A DNA stretch of 64,000 nt from the NCBI GenBank assembly GCA_964019425.1, contig OZ025796.1, positions 434,001 to 498,000 on the forward strand, written 5' to 3'. The notes under the pieces are model-generated. The model was not told the origin of the DNA. It searched no databases and worked only from the letters and a program-made list of their open reading frames with translations. A program made the position numbers and the translations under genes. Within the stretch, counting starts at the first letter, position 1, and each line of letters begins with the position of its first letter. Positions 34,776-43,443 of this stretch are shown piece after piece. This stretch comes from Flectonema sp. DT1601 (lineage: Eukaryota).

Positions 34776-36752
34776 ATGGAAAATCTCCCCGAGACGGTCG
34801 CCTGTCCATCGGGGAGAGGTGTCCCTATACCACCACCGACATTCGCGCACACTGGGAGAAATACAATTGTTGGGGGTGCAGATTTTCATTTCCCAGCTGA
34901 TTGCAGTATCCCCATCACGAGGCCTTCTGGAATAGGGATTCCAATACCGCCCAGCACATTAGAGTCTACAACAACACCCACATTCAGAGAGTCAACTGTC
35001 AGCCTGACAAGACAAACAGAAGAACAGCAGTCGAAAGCAAATTTTAAACCTCCAATTCGAATCGAAGACTTTCCTTATCCGATGCGTGGTAGTTATCGTG
35101 AAGCCATAACTAATTACGTGTGGAGAGCATGCTTGGTTTATATGTTGGTGTTGTGTATTCTCGAATCTGCGAAGGTATTCGACCGAGACGGAGCGAAAGT
35201 CTATTGGTTGTTTGGAATAATAATCTTAGCATTTGTCTGTCTGATGAGAGTTTTATTATTTTCGTACCTCGACACAGTTCAGAAACGCGACAACAGGAGG
35301 CTTGGGAGGGAAGCTCTCCTGGGTGTCAAAAACGACTACCACCGCAGAATGCGTTCTGCTTGGCTGAAAGGACGTACTGCTGATCGTCTTTTTCGACCCC
35401 CCGTACACTCTGGTGATACCTTTGTAGTATCTAATGTAGTAAAGGAAACCCTGAGAGTGCGAGAAAGTCGAAATGAAGCTGCTCGGAAGGATGGGCGATG
35501 TCCGTTTGGAGAACGGATGAAAAAAAAACATTTCCTTTTGAGGAATCATTTCCTAAACACTGCCAGTTACGGTGCGACACCAATATCGGTTCAAAATGAT
35601 AAAACACAATGGGATAAGGCGATTCAAGTTAATCCATCAGCCTTTATGAGATACCACGTTGATGGTTTATTAACGAAAGTTGTAAATCGACTCTCAAAGA
35701 TTGTTAACAGTAATCCCGAAGATACAGTCCTTACAGTGAATGCTAACCAAGCAACTTCAAGTGTTCTTAAGGGTCTTCCTTGGGAAATAGGAGATAGATT
35801 ACTAATCTATTCATGTGAGTACGATGCTACTATTAATGCTGCGAATTGGCTTCGTCTTCACGAAGGTGTCGAGACGGTGACGATTGAGTTGACCCTTCCA
35901 ATGAGTGATGATGACATAATTAACAAAACAAGATCTTATCTGGAAGAAGCGAAACGGTCTGAACCTGGTCTACCGAAACTTGCAAATTTTTGTCACGTTA
36001 CATCAAAAACAGCATCTATATTCCCAGCTAAGAGAATGGTCGCTTTGTTTCACTCATACGATATCCCCGTTGTGGTGGACGGAGCCCAAGCTCCTGGACA
36101 TTTAGACTTAGATATTAACGACATAGACGCTGACTGGTACATAGGTACTCTTCATAAGTGGATGTACAGTTGTCAGGGAGCCGCTTTTCTAGTTACGAAA
36201 AGTGATAAAAAATACTGCACCATCCCATTAGACATTAGTCAGTATTCTGGAAGAGACTATAAAACAGAGTTTTTAAAGGCTGGAGGAATTCATGATTGGT
36301 CGACGTGGCTTTCTGCGGAGGCCGCGTTCGATTTTGTTGACATCACTTGCGGAGGATGGGACAACGTTAGAAAGTATTGCGGGGGGTTAGCAACCAATGT
36401 AGTTAAGCTATATGCTAGTTCTTGGGGTGGAAAGGTTCAACAAGGTGCCAAAACCCAATACGGTAATCTTCCGATTATCACTCTCCCTGAGGGATCTCCT
36501 GTTACACAAATTCTTACTGTCGGTGCGATGACGAACAACCCTCCGATATCTGCTTTCTTTTTGTATTCGTTTGATGGAAATTTCAGAGCAGTTCGGTGTT
36601 GTTGTCAAATTCACACGTCCCTTGCCGACTTTATTCAATTAGAGCGTTATGTTAACTCTTCGGGTCCAACGTCAACGAGTCGTTTCTGTCCTTGTTTTCC
36701 GAATAAGAGTACTGCACAAACACAGCTTCCTGCTTCACAAAAACTGACCTGA
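34776..36752 (+). CDS. PLP-dependent class-V aminotransferase-fold enzyme (cysteine desulfhydrase / isopenicillin N epimerase-like) with an N-terminal TM extension
   Basis: FLNTASYGATP, CHVTS, VVVDGAQAPG and DWYIGTLHKWM (PLP Lys); two hydrophobic helices near aa 115-165. Confidence 0.85.
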   Translation: MENLPETVACPSGRGVPIPPPTFAHTGRNTIVGGADFHFPADCSIPITRPSGIGIPIPPSTLESTTTPTFRESTVSLTRQTEEQQSKANFKPPIRIEDFPYPMRGSYREAITNYVWRACLVYMLVLCILESAKVFDRDGAKVYWLFGIIILAFVCLMRVLLFSYLDTVQKRDNRRLGREALLGVKNDYHRRMRSAWLKGRTADRLFRPPVHSGDTFVVSNVVKETLRVRESRNEAARKDGRCPFGERMKKKHFLLRNHFLNTASYGATPISVQNDKTQWDKAIQVNPSAFMRYHVDGLLTKVVNRLSKIVNSNPEDTVLTVNANQATSSVLKGLPWEIGDRLLIYSCEYDATINAANWLRLHEGVETVTIELTLPMSDDDIINKTRSYLEEAKRSEPGLPKLANFCHVTSKTASIFPAKRMVALFHSYDIPVVVDGAQAPGHLDLDINDIDADWYIGTLHKWMYSCQGAAFLVTKSDKKYCTIPLDISQYSGRDYKTEFLKAGGIHDWSTWLSAEAAFDFVDITCGGWDNVRKYCGGLATNVVKLYASSWGGKVQQGAKTQYGNLPIITLPEGSPVTQILTVGAMTNNPPISAFFLYSFDGNFRAVRCCCQIHTSLADFIQLERYVNSSGPTSTSRFCPCFPNKSTAQTQLPASQKLT

Positions 36753-36804
36753 GCGTGAGGCAGTTCTTCTTCTTCTTCCTCTTCTTATTCGTTCGTTCGT
36801 TCGT

Positions 36805-36839
<35 letters not shown>

Positions 36840-36954
36840 ATTTAACAAGTATTGTAAGAACGAAAAAGAATGTTGGCAGCACACGTAAACCTCCTTTAGC
36901 TTTATCAGTTTAAGTCGGTTCACGGTTTCGTGCACAAACAAAAAAACTCACAAA

Positions 36955-37842
36955 ATGTCGAAAGTAGATATCCCACAAGATTTCGACTGGTCAACTGTCG
37001 AGGTGCCTGAGATCCCGGAAGGGGCGCATCCGTCAGCGACAGACCAATGTTGTGTGTTTCCGTTATGCGGAAAAATACATACGGACGGCACGAACTGTCA
37101 CCGATGCGGTGAAATGGGCGAGACGGAATGTCTCAAGTCCCGTTTAGGCAACGACGAAGTCACCCAAGCCAGGTGGTTGCCTGAGGCATCCCAGGAATGG
37201 GTGTGTCCTCCATGTGGGTTTGTGCTCCGGAATGGAGCCCCATATGCAATGCTCGTACCGGAAGGGCGACATTTTAACGCAACGATGCCAGTTGCGGAAA
37301 CAGTTAAGGAATTAACTGTAGTGGAGCGGGTGACGATGGATCCACGTAGGGTCGTCACTTGGGTGGAAAACCTAAAAACCCCGTCTGGCCTGAATTACGT
37401 GTTTGCAGGTTTGCAACAGCGTTACGGCACAGTCAACGGAAAAGCAATCCCGGAGACTGCTGTCGAGGGCGGGGGAGCAGTGTCGCACGAAATGCGGCAC
37501 TTGCTGAGAATGATTGACGGCCTGCTACCGGTCTCCAACAGCTCAGGGCACGTCAGGCAGACGTTGCAAGTGGCGGTGGACCGCATGGAAGATCTGCTGT
37601 TCTCGACGAGGAACAGAAAGATGACCGGCGCCTATGAGGGGTACCTCAAGACGTACGGATACGGGGAGTATACGGAGCGACTAATTGGCCTCGCGATGAA
37701 GGAGACGATGAGAACCGCGCTCCCGGGACAAACCCACGAGGGTGACCAAATGAGCGGTGGCGACCGTAAACGTCATTTTTCCGGGAAGGGAGCTGGAGGA
37801 AATTTTTCCGGGAAGGGAGCTGGAGGAAAGAGGAAGTATTGA
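36955..37842 (+). CDS. ORF1, Gag-like protein with an N-terminal PHD-like Cys finger
   Basis: First ORF inside repeat A; CVFPLC..CHRC..EC..WVCPPC; basic Gly/Lys C-terminus. Confidence 0.8.
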   Translation: MSKVDIPQDFDWSTVEVPEIPEGAHPSATDQCCVFPLCGKIHTDGTNCHRCGEMGETECLKSRLGNDEVTQARWLPEASQEWVCPPCGFVLRNGAPYAMLVPEGRHFNATMPVAETVKELTVVERVTMDPRRVVTWVENLKTPSGLNYVFAGLQQRYGTVNGKAIPETAVEGGGAVSHEMRHLLRMIDGLLPVSNSSGHVRQTLQVAVDRMEDLLFSTRNRKMTGAYEGYLKTYGYGEYTERLIGLAMKETMRTALPGQTHEGDQMSGGDRKRHFSGKGAGGNFSGKGAGGKRKY

Positions 37843-40385
37843 ATGGAGGAAAAACCACACGATGTGTGGGGGCCTGTTCCGGAAGGGACGCAAGGCAAAA
37901 AGCGGATCGGAAGACCGCCAAAAAAATCACTTGCCATAGTGAACTCGGAGAAACTCGAGGAACTCGAGAGTCAGCTGGACCTGACACTGACCGGTTGTTT
38001 CGCCGAATCGACACAAGCATCGATAAGATCGGTAATGCGAAATTGGATCCCCTTCGATGCAACCATATGTGCGATAAAACCGGATATGCCGCCGACGCGG
38101 AGTTTCCTCCTGTGGCTACAGGCAAAGATCAACTTGGGAGAGTTGCAACCACAGTCGGCGAACCAATACTTGGCAAGTTTTCGCTCGGCTGCAATTCCGC
38201 CCACAGCTGCATTCCGGAAGGCCATGACAAGGTCAACAGACGAAAATCAGCGAAGGGAGGGAATGCTGACGAAAATACGCACCAAGGAAGAGATCACGGA
38301 AGTAATCCGTCGACAGGAAGGGATGTATGTAGCGGTGTTGGCCACACAATGGTCTCTGGCGGCGAGATTTATCGACCTGATGCTACTGAGGAGACGGGAC
38401 ATCCGGGAAGTCAGGAACGGTTACCTAATTGGCTTGGTCGGGGGGAAGACCGACAAAACGAGACGAGGTCAATGGATTCTGGTAGCAAAAAATGGCTCTT
38501 TATTCCGCGTGGTGTTGCAATGGTTGGCAACAACGAATGGCGAAATGGTATTCACGGGTTTGAACCGGTCGGGATACAACAGATGGCTGGAAAGACATCT
38601 CGACACCACGAGCCACTACATACGTCACAGTGCACTCACGTATGTCGCGTTGGAGTCGTCGGAACGGGACGCTCAGGCGATGGCGCGGCATGCATCAGGG
38701 ACGTCAACCCAGTTCTACATACCGCCGGAGACTTGGACCTCGACTCGGAATACGATAAAAGCGGCCGCACTACTGCAGTGAAAGCTATCCATGACAGACC
38801 TTTTTGGGCTTCAAAATTGGAAGCAGGATTCCGCATGTACGACTACGCGGAAGGATGGCTAACGGGGATAACTGGAACACGTTGTCCGCGAACATGTTAT
38901 GACGGAACCATATCTGGAATAAGAATGGAACCGGTAAACATGGAACTGCTAGTGGGAAGCTATCCGAACCTGAGAACAAACATGAGATGGATTGCAGATC
39001 CGAACTTTGTCATCCAAGTGATTAACAATTCGCCACAAGAAGACGAATCTGGGATAGGCGCAAAGAATGTCCAATTAAAACCTCATACCGAACGCATGCT
39101 TGAGCTTGGTTTCGCCGAACCATCTCCTAGATCGACGACGAATAGGTTCATGCACTCTGCTTTTCTCATACCGAAAAGTACACCTGGACAATTACGTTTC
39201 ATCCTAAATTGTAAGACTATTAATGAGTTAACAGCTTATACCTCGTTACCGCCATGCAGGCTACCGTCTTACGAAACGATAGTGGAAACCTTGCTACCAC
39301 GTAGGTACGCTTGCGAGTTTGACTTTACATCGTATTTCTTTCAATTCCCGATTCCTGAAAGAATTAGACCGTTGTTCTCTTTTCGAGTAGACAAGAAGAT
39401 CTACCGGATGACACGTCTACCGATGGGGTACAGAGGTGCACCTCAATTAGCCCAGGCTGTTCTTCTGAATCTGATCGAAGATGCAATAGATGGGAGGGAT
39501 GTGTCCGGCATTGGGTGGATTGACAATGCCATCTTTGCGGCGGATGATATACAGGTTCTACAATCGGTTAGAGATAGATTCCGAACTCTATGTCTGAAAT
39601 ATTCAATTACGATAGGCGCGGTCACAGAACCCAACACATACATAATCACATTAGGAATAGAAGCTGACTTGACGAGGAAATGTTGGAAACTAAAGGAAAA
39701 ATGGGTCAAAGCGGTCGCTGAACCAGGGAAAATGATCTTGGACTCACGCGTGAACCTACGACGTAGTTACTGGAAGATTTCGGGAATCATTTTGTGGAGA
39801 CGTCATGCGCTAAGATTACGTCTACACGAGGCGACAGAACTCCTGATGGGAATGTCTGAACTGATGCAGGAAGGCGACCCGAAATCTAAGGTTTTCTGGA
39901 ACACAGCAGTAAAAATCTCAGAGGAGTACATGAACTCTCTTAGGCTCGAGTTCAGGGAGCTTGTGAAGAACGAATGGGTGCGGTGGAATAAGCGTAGCTA
40001 TGAAACAGAAATGACTTTCGTATCTGATGCAAGTACAAAAGCCTGGGCATTTGTAGTGGGAAACTCTTATCGGAGAGGACGCTTCCCGCGCGATATAGTG
40101 AACATGGGGATTTTCGAAAAGGAATTTTTCGCAGTAGTCAAGGCCATTGAATATGTAGTGACAGAGTTAAAACTGCAGAGTTGCAGGGTGACGGGACATG
40201 TAGACAACAAGGGAGTTATCGGTTCGTTGCACCGTGGCTATTCTCTACAACAAAATGTACAACCCATGTTACGGACTATTCATCGACTGTTGGACAGGTC
40301 TAGTTCAGTTCTGCACGTCGAGTACGTGGCGAGCGAGGACAATATTGCTGACAAGCACACTAGACTGGAAGATGAAGCATACTAA
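37839..40385 (+). CDS. Pol: reverse transcriptase plus RNase H, with an N-terminal region overlapping the whole YR ORF in the -1 frame
   Basis: RT motifs FLIPKS..LRFILNC, FDFTSYFFQ, RLPMG, WIDN, LG; RNase H motifs SDAS, EKE, VDN, NIAD. The frame is open from 37770; the true start is uncertain. Confidence 0.93.
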   Translation: MNGGKTTRCVGACSGRDARQKADRKTAKKITCHSELGETRGTRESAGPDTDRLFRRIDTSIDKIGNAKLDPLRCNHMCDKTGYAADAEFPPVATGKDQLGRVATTVGEPILGKFSLGCNSAHSCIPEGHDKVNRRKSAKGGNADENTHQGRDHGSNPSTGRDVCSGVGHTMVSGGEIYRPDATEETGHPGSQERLPNWLGRGEDRQNETRSMDSGSKKWLFIPRGVAMVGNNEWRNGIHGFEPVGIQQMAGKTSRHHEPLHTSQCTHVCRVGVVGTGRSGDGAACIRDVNPVLHTAGDLDLDSEYDKSGRTTAVKAIHDRPFWASKLEAGFRMYDYAEGWLTGITGTRCPRTCYDGTISGIRMEPVNMELLVGSYPNLRTNMRWIADPNFVIQVINNSPQEDESGIGAKNVQLKPHTERMLELGFAEPSPRSTTNRFMHSAFLIPKSTPGQLRFILNCKTINELTAYTSLPPCRLPSYETIVETLLPRRYACEFDFTSYFFQFPIPERIRPLFSFRVDKKIYRMTRLPMGYRGAPQLAQAVLLNLIEDAIDGRDVSGIGWIDNAIFAADDIQVLQSVRDRFRTLCLKYSITIGAVTEPNTYIITLGIEADLTRKCWKLKEKWVKAVAEPGKMILDSRVNLRRSYWKISGIILWRRHALRLRLHEATELLMGMSELMQEGDPKSKVFWNTAVKISEEYMNSLRLEFRELVKNEWVRWNKRSYETEMTFVSDASTKAWAFVVGNSYRRGRFPRDIVNMGIFEKEFFAVVKAIEYVVTELKLQSCRVTGHVDNKGVIGSLHRGYSLQQNVQPMLRTIHRLLDRSSSVLHVEYVASEDNIADKHTRLEDEAY
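37843..38781 (+). CDS. Tyrosine recombinase
   Basis: Catalytic set R (LAARFIDL), K (GGKTD), HxxR (SHYIRH), H (ARH) and Y (TQFY) in the expected order and spacing. Confidence 0.93.
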   Translation: MEEKPHDVWGPVPEGTQGKKRIGRPPKKSLAIVNSEKLEELESQLDLTLTGCFAESTQASIRSVMRNWIPFDATICAIKPDMPPTRSFLLWLQAKINLGELQPQSANQYLASFRSAAIPPTAAFRKAMTRSTDENQRREGMLTKIRTKEEITEVIRRQEGMYVAVLATQWSLAARFIDLMLLRRRDIREVRNGYLIGLVGGKTDKTRRGQWILVAKNGSLFRVVLQWLATTNGEMVFTGLNRSGYNRWLERHLDTTSHYIRHSALTYVALESSERDAQAMARHASGTSTQFYIPPETWTSTRNTIKAAALLQ

Positions 40386-41237
40386 GAAATGATACACAAG
40401 AAGAACGAACACCGCATCGCATCGGTTTATTATCTCATAAAAGACCGTTATTCTCCCAACTTTGATAGATACCATATCAAACTAGACACGACGGCCACGA
40501 ACAATCCACTGGAAAGGGGTCCGGTTTCGTGCACAAACAAAAAATCACAGTGTTATATCAGTATTTTCTGTATAGTTGAAGTTAAAGCCAATTCTTTTTT
40601 GCATTTAACAAGTATTGTAAGAACGAAAAAGAATGTTGGCAGCACACGTAAACCTCCTTTAGCTTTATCAGTTTAAGTCGGTTCACGGTTTCGTGCACAA
40701 ACAAAAAATCACAGTGTTATATCAGTATTTTCTGTATAGTTGAAGTTAAAGCCAATTCTTTTTTTTTCCTCTTTGAGGTGATTATGCCATTATCTCGAAG
40801 TTAAATTACGTATTGCTAACTCCTGTAAGTATTTGTTTCTTTTTAAAGTTTTATTAAATTGCACATCATCTTCTTATGTTGGTATGCAGTTCTTGCTTCC
40901 AACATAATGTTTTTGTTGACGAACCTTGTGAACTGTACTTTTATGTCTTTGATATTTATGGTGTGAAATGTCCTGTTTGAACTCGTCATTGTAGCTATTA
41001 TTGTTATTAATTCACGCGAAAAAAAAAAATAGAAACAAACGGGAAAACTTTTATTCGTGCAAGTGTTCCAGCTTTAGCGAAACGGTTTTTTTTTTTTTTT
41101 TTTTTTTTATAGTATATCACACCTGGTCATACAGCTGAATGCAAAAAAAAAAAAAAAAAAATTCCCCCCTCCCCTTTTTTTTTTTTTTTTTTTAAAATTA
41201 ATCTTCTTGTAGACTACTGATACTAACTAACCTTATT

Positions 41238-43085
41238 ATGTATTTATACAGCCGGAATAATAAAATGAAAATTGGAGCTCTTCAAAGGGCAACATCGAGA
41301 TCTGTCAATCGGATTCCTCGACGTTGGAAACAAGCGGAATTCAGTTACGTGAAAGACTTTAACGAGGCTGGGAAGAGTGGGGATGCCGAGGATGCTGTCT
41401 CATGGACGAGAGATTATTTAAAAAATCTGAATTATGACTCTGATCAAGTTAAGAAAGGCAGAGGAGGAGTTTTAGAAGAATTACCCGATCAGCTACTTCG
41501 TATTGGTATATTTGGATCTAAGAATATGGGAAAAACAACATTATTTAATTTATTTCTCCATCCTGATGATCGGAGTATTGAATTGAACCTTCCTGGTGTC
41601 ACTTCTGATGCGAAAAGTGCTGAAGGATCTCTCGGTAGGATGTACTTTACTATAATTGATACCCCCCCAATTATTGAAGGTAGAATCACAGATATACATG
41701 AAGGAATTATTTCATCACTTGACATCGCATTAGTCGTCACAAACGCTCGTGGAACTACTGCGAACTGCGAACTGATCGCCGATTGGATCAGATTGTCATC
41801 CACTCCGGCTATTTTAGTCGCCAATTTTACTGAAGAAAATTCCAGATCTCGCTACATTCCGAGTCTATCTGACAAGGAAATTACCACCTTAAACTTAGGA
41901 CCTCCACTCTACATAAGTGCTAAGGAAAAAAAAGGAATTTCATTATTACAAGACGTCCTAGCTCCTTACCATGCAGTCCGTGAAGCTGAAAGAAAACAAG
42001 AAGAGTGGGAATTGGAAGATCGCGTTATCAGTGGTGACAAAGACGCAGCTGACGATCTAGCTGAACGTCGTCGCCACGATCGTCCGATTAACGTCGCAAT
42101 TGTCGGCAAGTTCAATGCCGGTAAATCGACTTTATTCAACTCTCTACTCGGGCAAGACAGACACCAAGTTACAGATACACCAGGGACAACAAGAGATTCA
42201 GCATCAGTAACTGCAAGATACTTTGGATTACAAATACGATTACAAGACACTCCTGGATTTGAATTTAGAAAAAAAGGAAGATGGGCATTTCAAGATCCAT
42301 CCCAACACCCTCATGCTAAGAAAGAGAGGATAACCCACTGGATGCATACCCGAACTCTTGTGGCCTGTAAGGAGGCGTCAGTTATTATATTTGTCATCGA
42401 TGCGAGGGTTGGGTTCACAAGACGAGAACGAGTCAATCTAGATGTGCTATTTGAGATGGGTAGGCCCATTATCGTTGTTGCAAATAAATGGGATGAAGTA
42501 ACTAACAAAGATGAGCAGGTTAAGCTTTTAGAAATGCAAGTTCAGAAAACCAGCGAAGTAAAGCATCTCACCATTGTGTGCAGCAGTGCTAAGGAACGTA
42601 CCAATATGGGATTATTAATGGAAACTGTTATTGCTCACTACAAAAGATGGCATGTGCGAGTTAGCAGCGGAAAACTTAATAAATTCTGGCAAAAAACTCA
42701 AAGCACCCTCAGAATTCCTTATGGAAGGTCAAAGGGAAGATTTCTGAACCAGGTGGCGAGTTCTCCTCCGACTTTCGCTGTTTTCCTTACTAAGGCAACG
42801 ATCTTACAAGGGTCGCTAGCTAAATTTCTAATAAACAGATTGCGACAGGAATTCTCGTTGAATGGGATACCCATTAGGTTAATTCAAAGACGTAAACCGG
42901 CAAATGTTTATTCTCAACTTGGCTACACACCACCTACGAGAGTGTACGGAAATCCTCCAAACACGCTAAGAATCCGTTGGAAACAATGGGAGAGTGGTGC
43001 AACTTCACACAACGTTAGGCGAGTAAAGCAAGGTCGCACAGCTGCTCAATGGGAAACTACTTCTGATGCTGGATACACCGGATAG
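41238..43085 (+). CDS. der: Der/EngA-family double GTPase, probably mitochondrial ribosome assembly
   Basis: Two G domains (GSKNMGKT..PGVTSD..DTPP and GKFNAGKS..PGTTRD..DTPG..NKWD) and a KH-like end (PPTF..LRQEFSLNGIPIRL). The start may be the ATG at 41265. Confidence 0.9.
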   Translation: MYLYSRNNKMKIGALQRATSRSVNRIPRRWKQAEFSYVKDFNEAGKSGDAEDAVSWTRDYLKNLNYDSDQVKKGRGGVLEELPDQLLRIGIFGSKNMGKTTLFNLFLHPDDRSIELNLPGVTSDAKSAEGSLGRMYFTIIDTPPIIEGRITDIHEGIISSLDIALVVTNARGTTANCELIADWIRLSSTPAILVANFTEENSRSRYIPSLSDKEITTLNLGPPLYISAKEKKGISLLQDVLAPYHAVREAERKQEEWELEDRVISGDKDAADDLAERRRHDRPINVAIVGKFNAGKSTLFNSLLGQDRHQVTDTPGTTRDSASVTARYFGLQIRLQDTPGFEFRKKGRWAFQDPSQHPHAKKERITHWMHTRTLVACKEASVIIFVIDARVGFTRRERVNLDVLFEMGRPIIVVANKWDEVTNKDEQVKLLEMQVQKTSEVKHLTIVCSSAKERTNMGLLMETVIAHYKRWHVRVSSGKLNKFWQKTQSTLRIPYGRSKGRFLNQVASSPPTFAVFLTKATILQGSLAKFLINRLRQEFSLNGIPIRLIQRRKPANVYSQLGYTPPTRVYGNPPNTLRIRWKQWESGATSHNVRRVKQGRTAAQWETTSDAGYTG

Positions 43086-43443
43086 TAGTACTTCGGAGTT
43101 TTGTTTGATCGCGCAAGTCTCATATCACAACTCATGCGGGGTATACCAAATAATCTTATTCTGGAGATCAGGCTGAATCAGTTTTTTTTTTTTTTTAAAA
43201 TCCGTCGAAAACATATTAAAGGGTGCGATAGAACCCGACTCTGTTTCATTTTTTATGTTTTGTATTTATTGTTGTTTACAATTAGTAGGAAATCTACATG
43301 TCGTGATAGTGTCATTGACGTTTTTTTTTTCCTTCTTTTTTTTTTCTGTGAGTAATTATTTTCTTTTCACAGGAGAAAGAGGGTGGGTACAGAACAGTGA
43401 GAGGGGCCCTTTGCGGGGGGAGTTCTAATCGCCTCTCAGAGAT

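Larger units (their letters stand above)
36838..40758 (+). mobile_element. Full-length tyrosine-recombinase retrotransposon (DIRS order; VIPER/TATE-like gene order, Ngaro-like split direct repeats)
   Basis: A1 36838-36922, B1 40522-40594, A2 40601-40685, B2 40686-40758; A1=A2 and B1=B2 by eye; intact gag-like, YR and RT/RNase H ORFs; bounded by T32 and T9 with no separate TSD. Confidence 0.95.

Noticed and set aside
40550..40580. Repeat B segment TATCAGTATTTTCTGTATAGTTG loosely resembles a spliced-leader exon end
   Set aside because: The match is short, gapped and AT-rich, and is not followed by a GT donor or an SL RNA intron.
40389..40676. 95-aa ORF after RNase H as a fourth element gene
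   Set aside because: More than half of it runs through the non-coding terminal repeats, and it has no motif.
36838..40758. Reading the element as a prophage, retron or bacterial contaminant
   Set aside because: The DIRS-type RT/RNase H, the split direct repeats and the dispersed solo copies in host DNA all indicate a eukaryotic retrotransposon.
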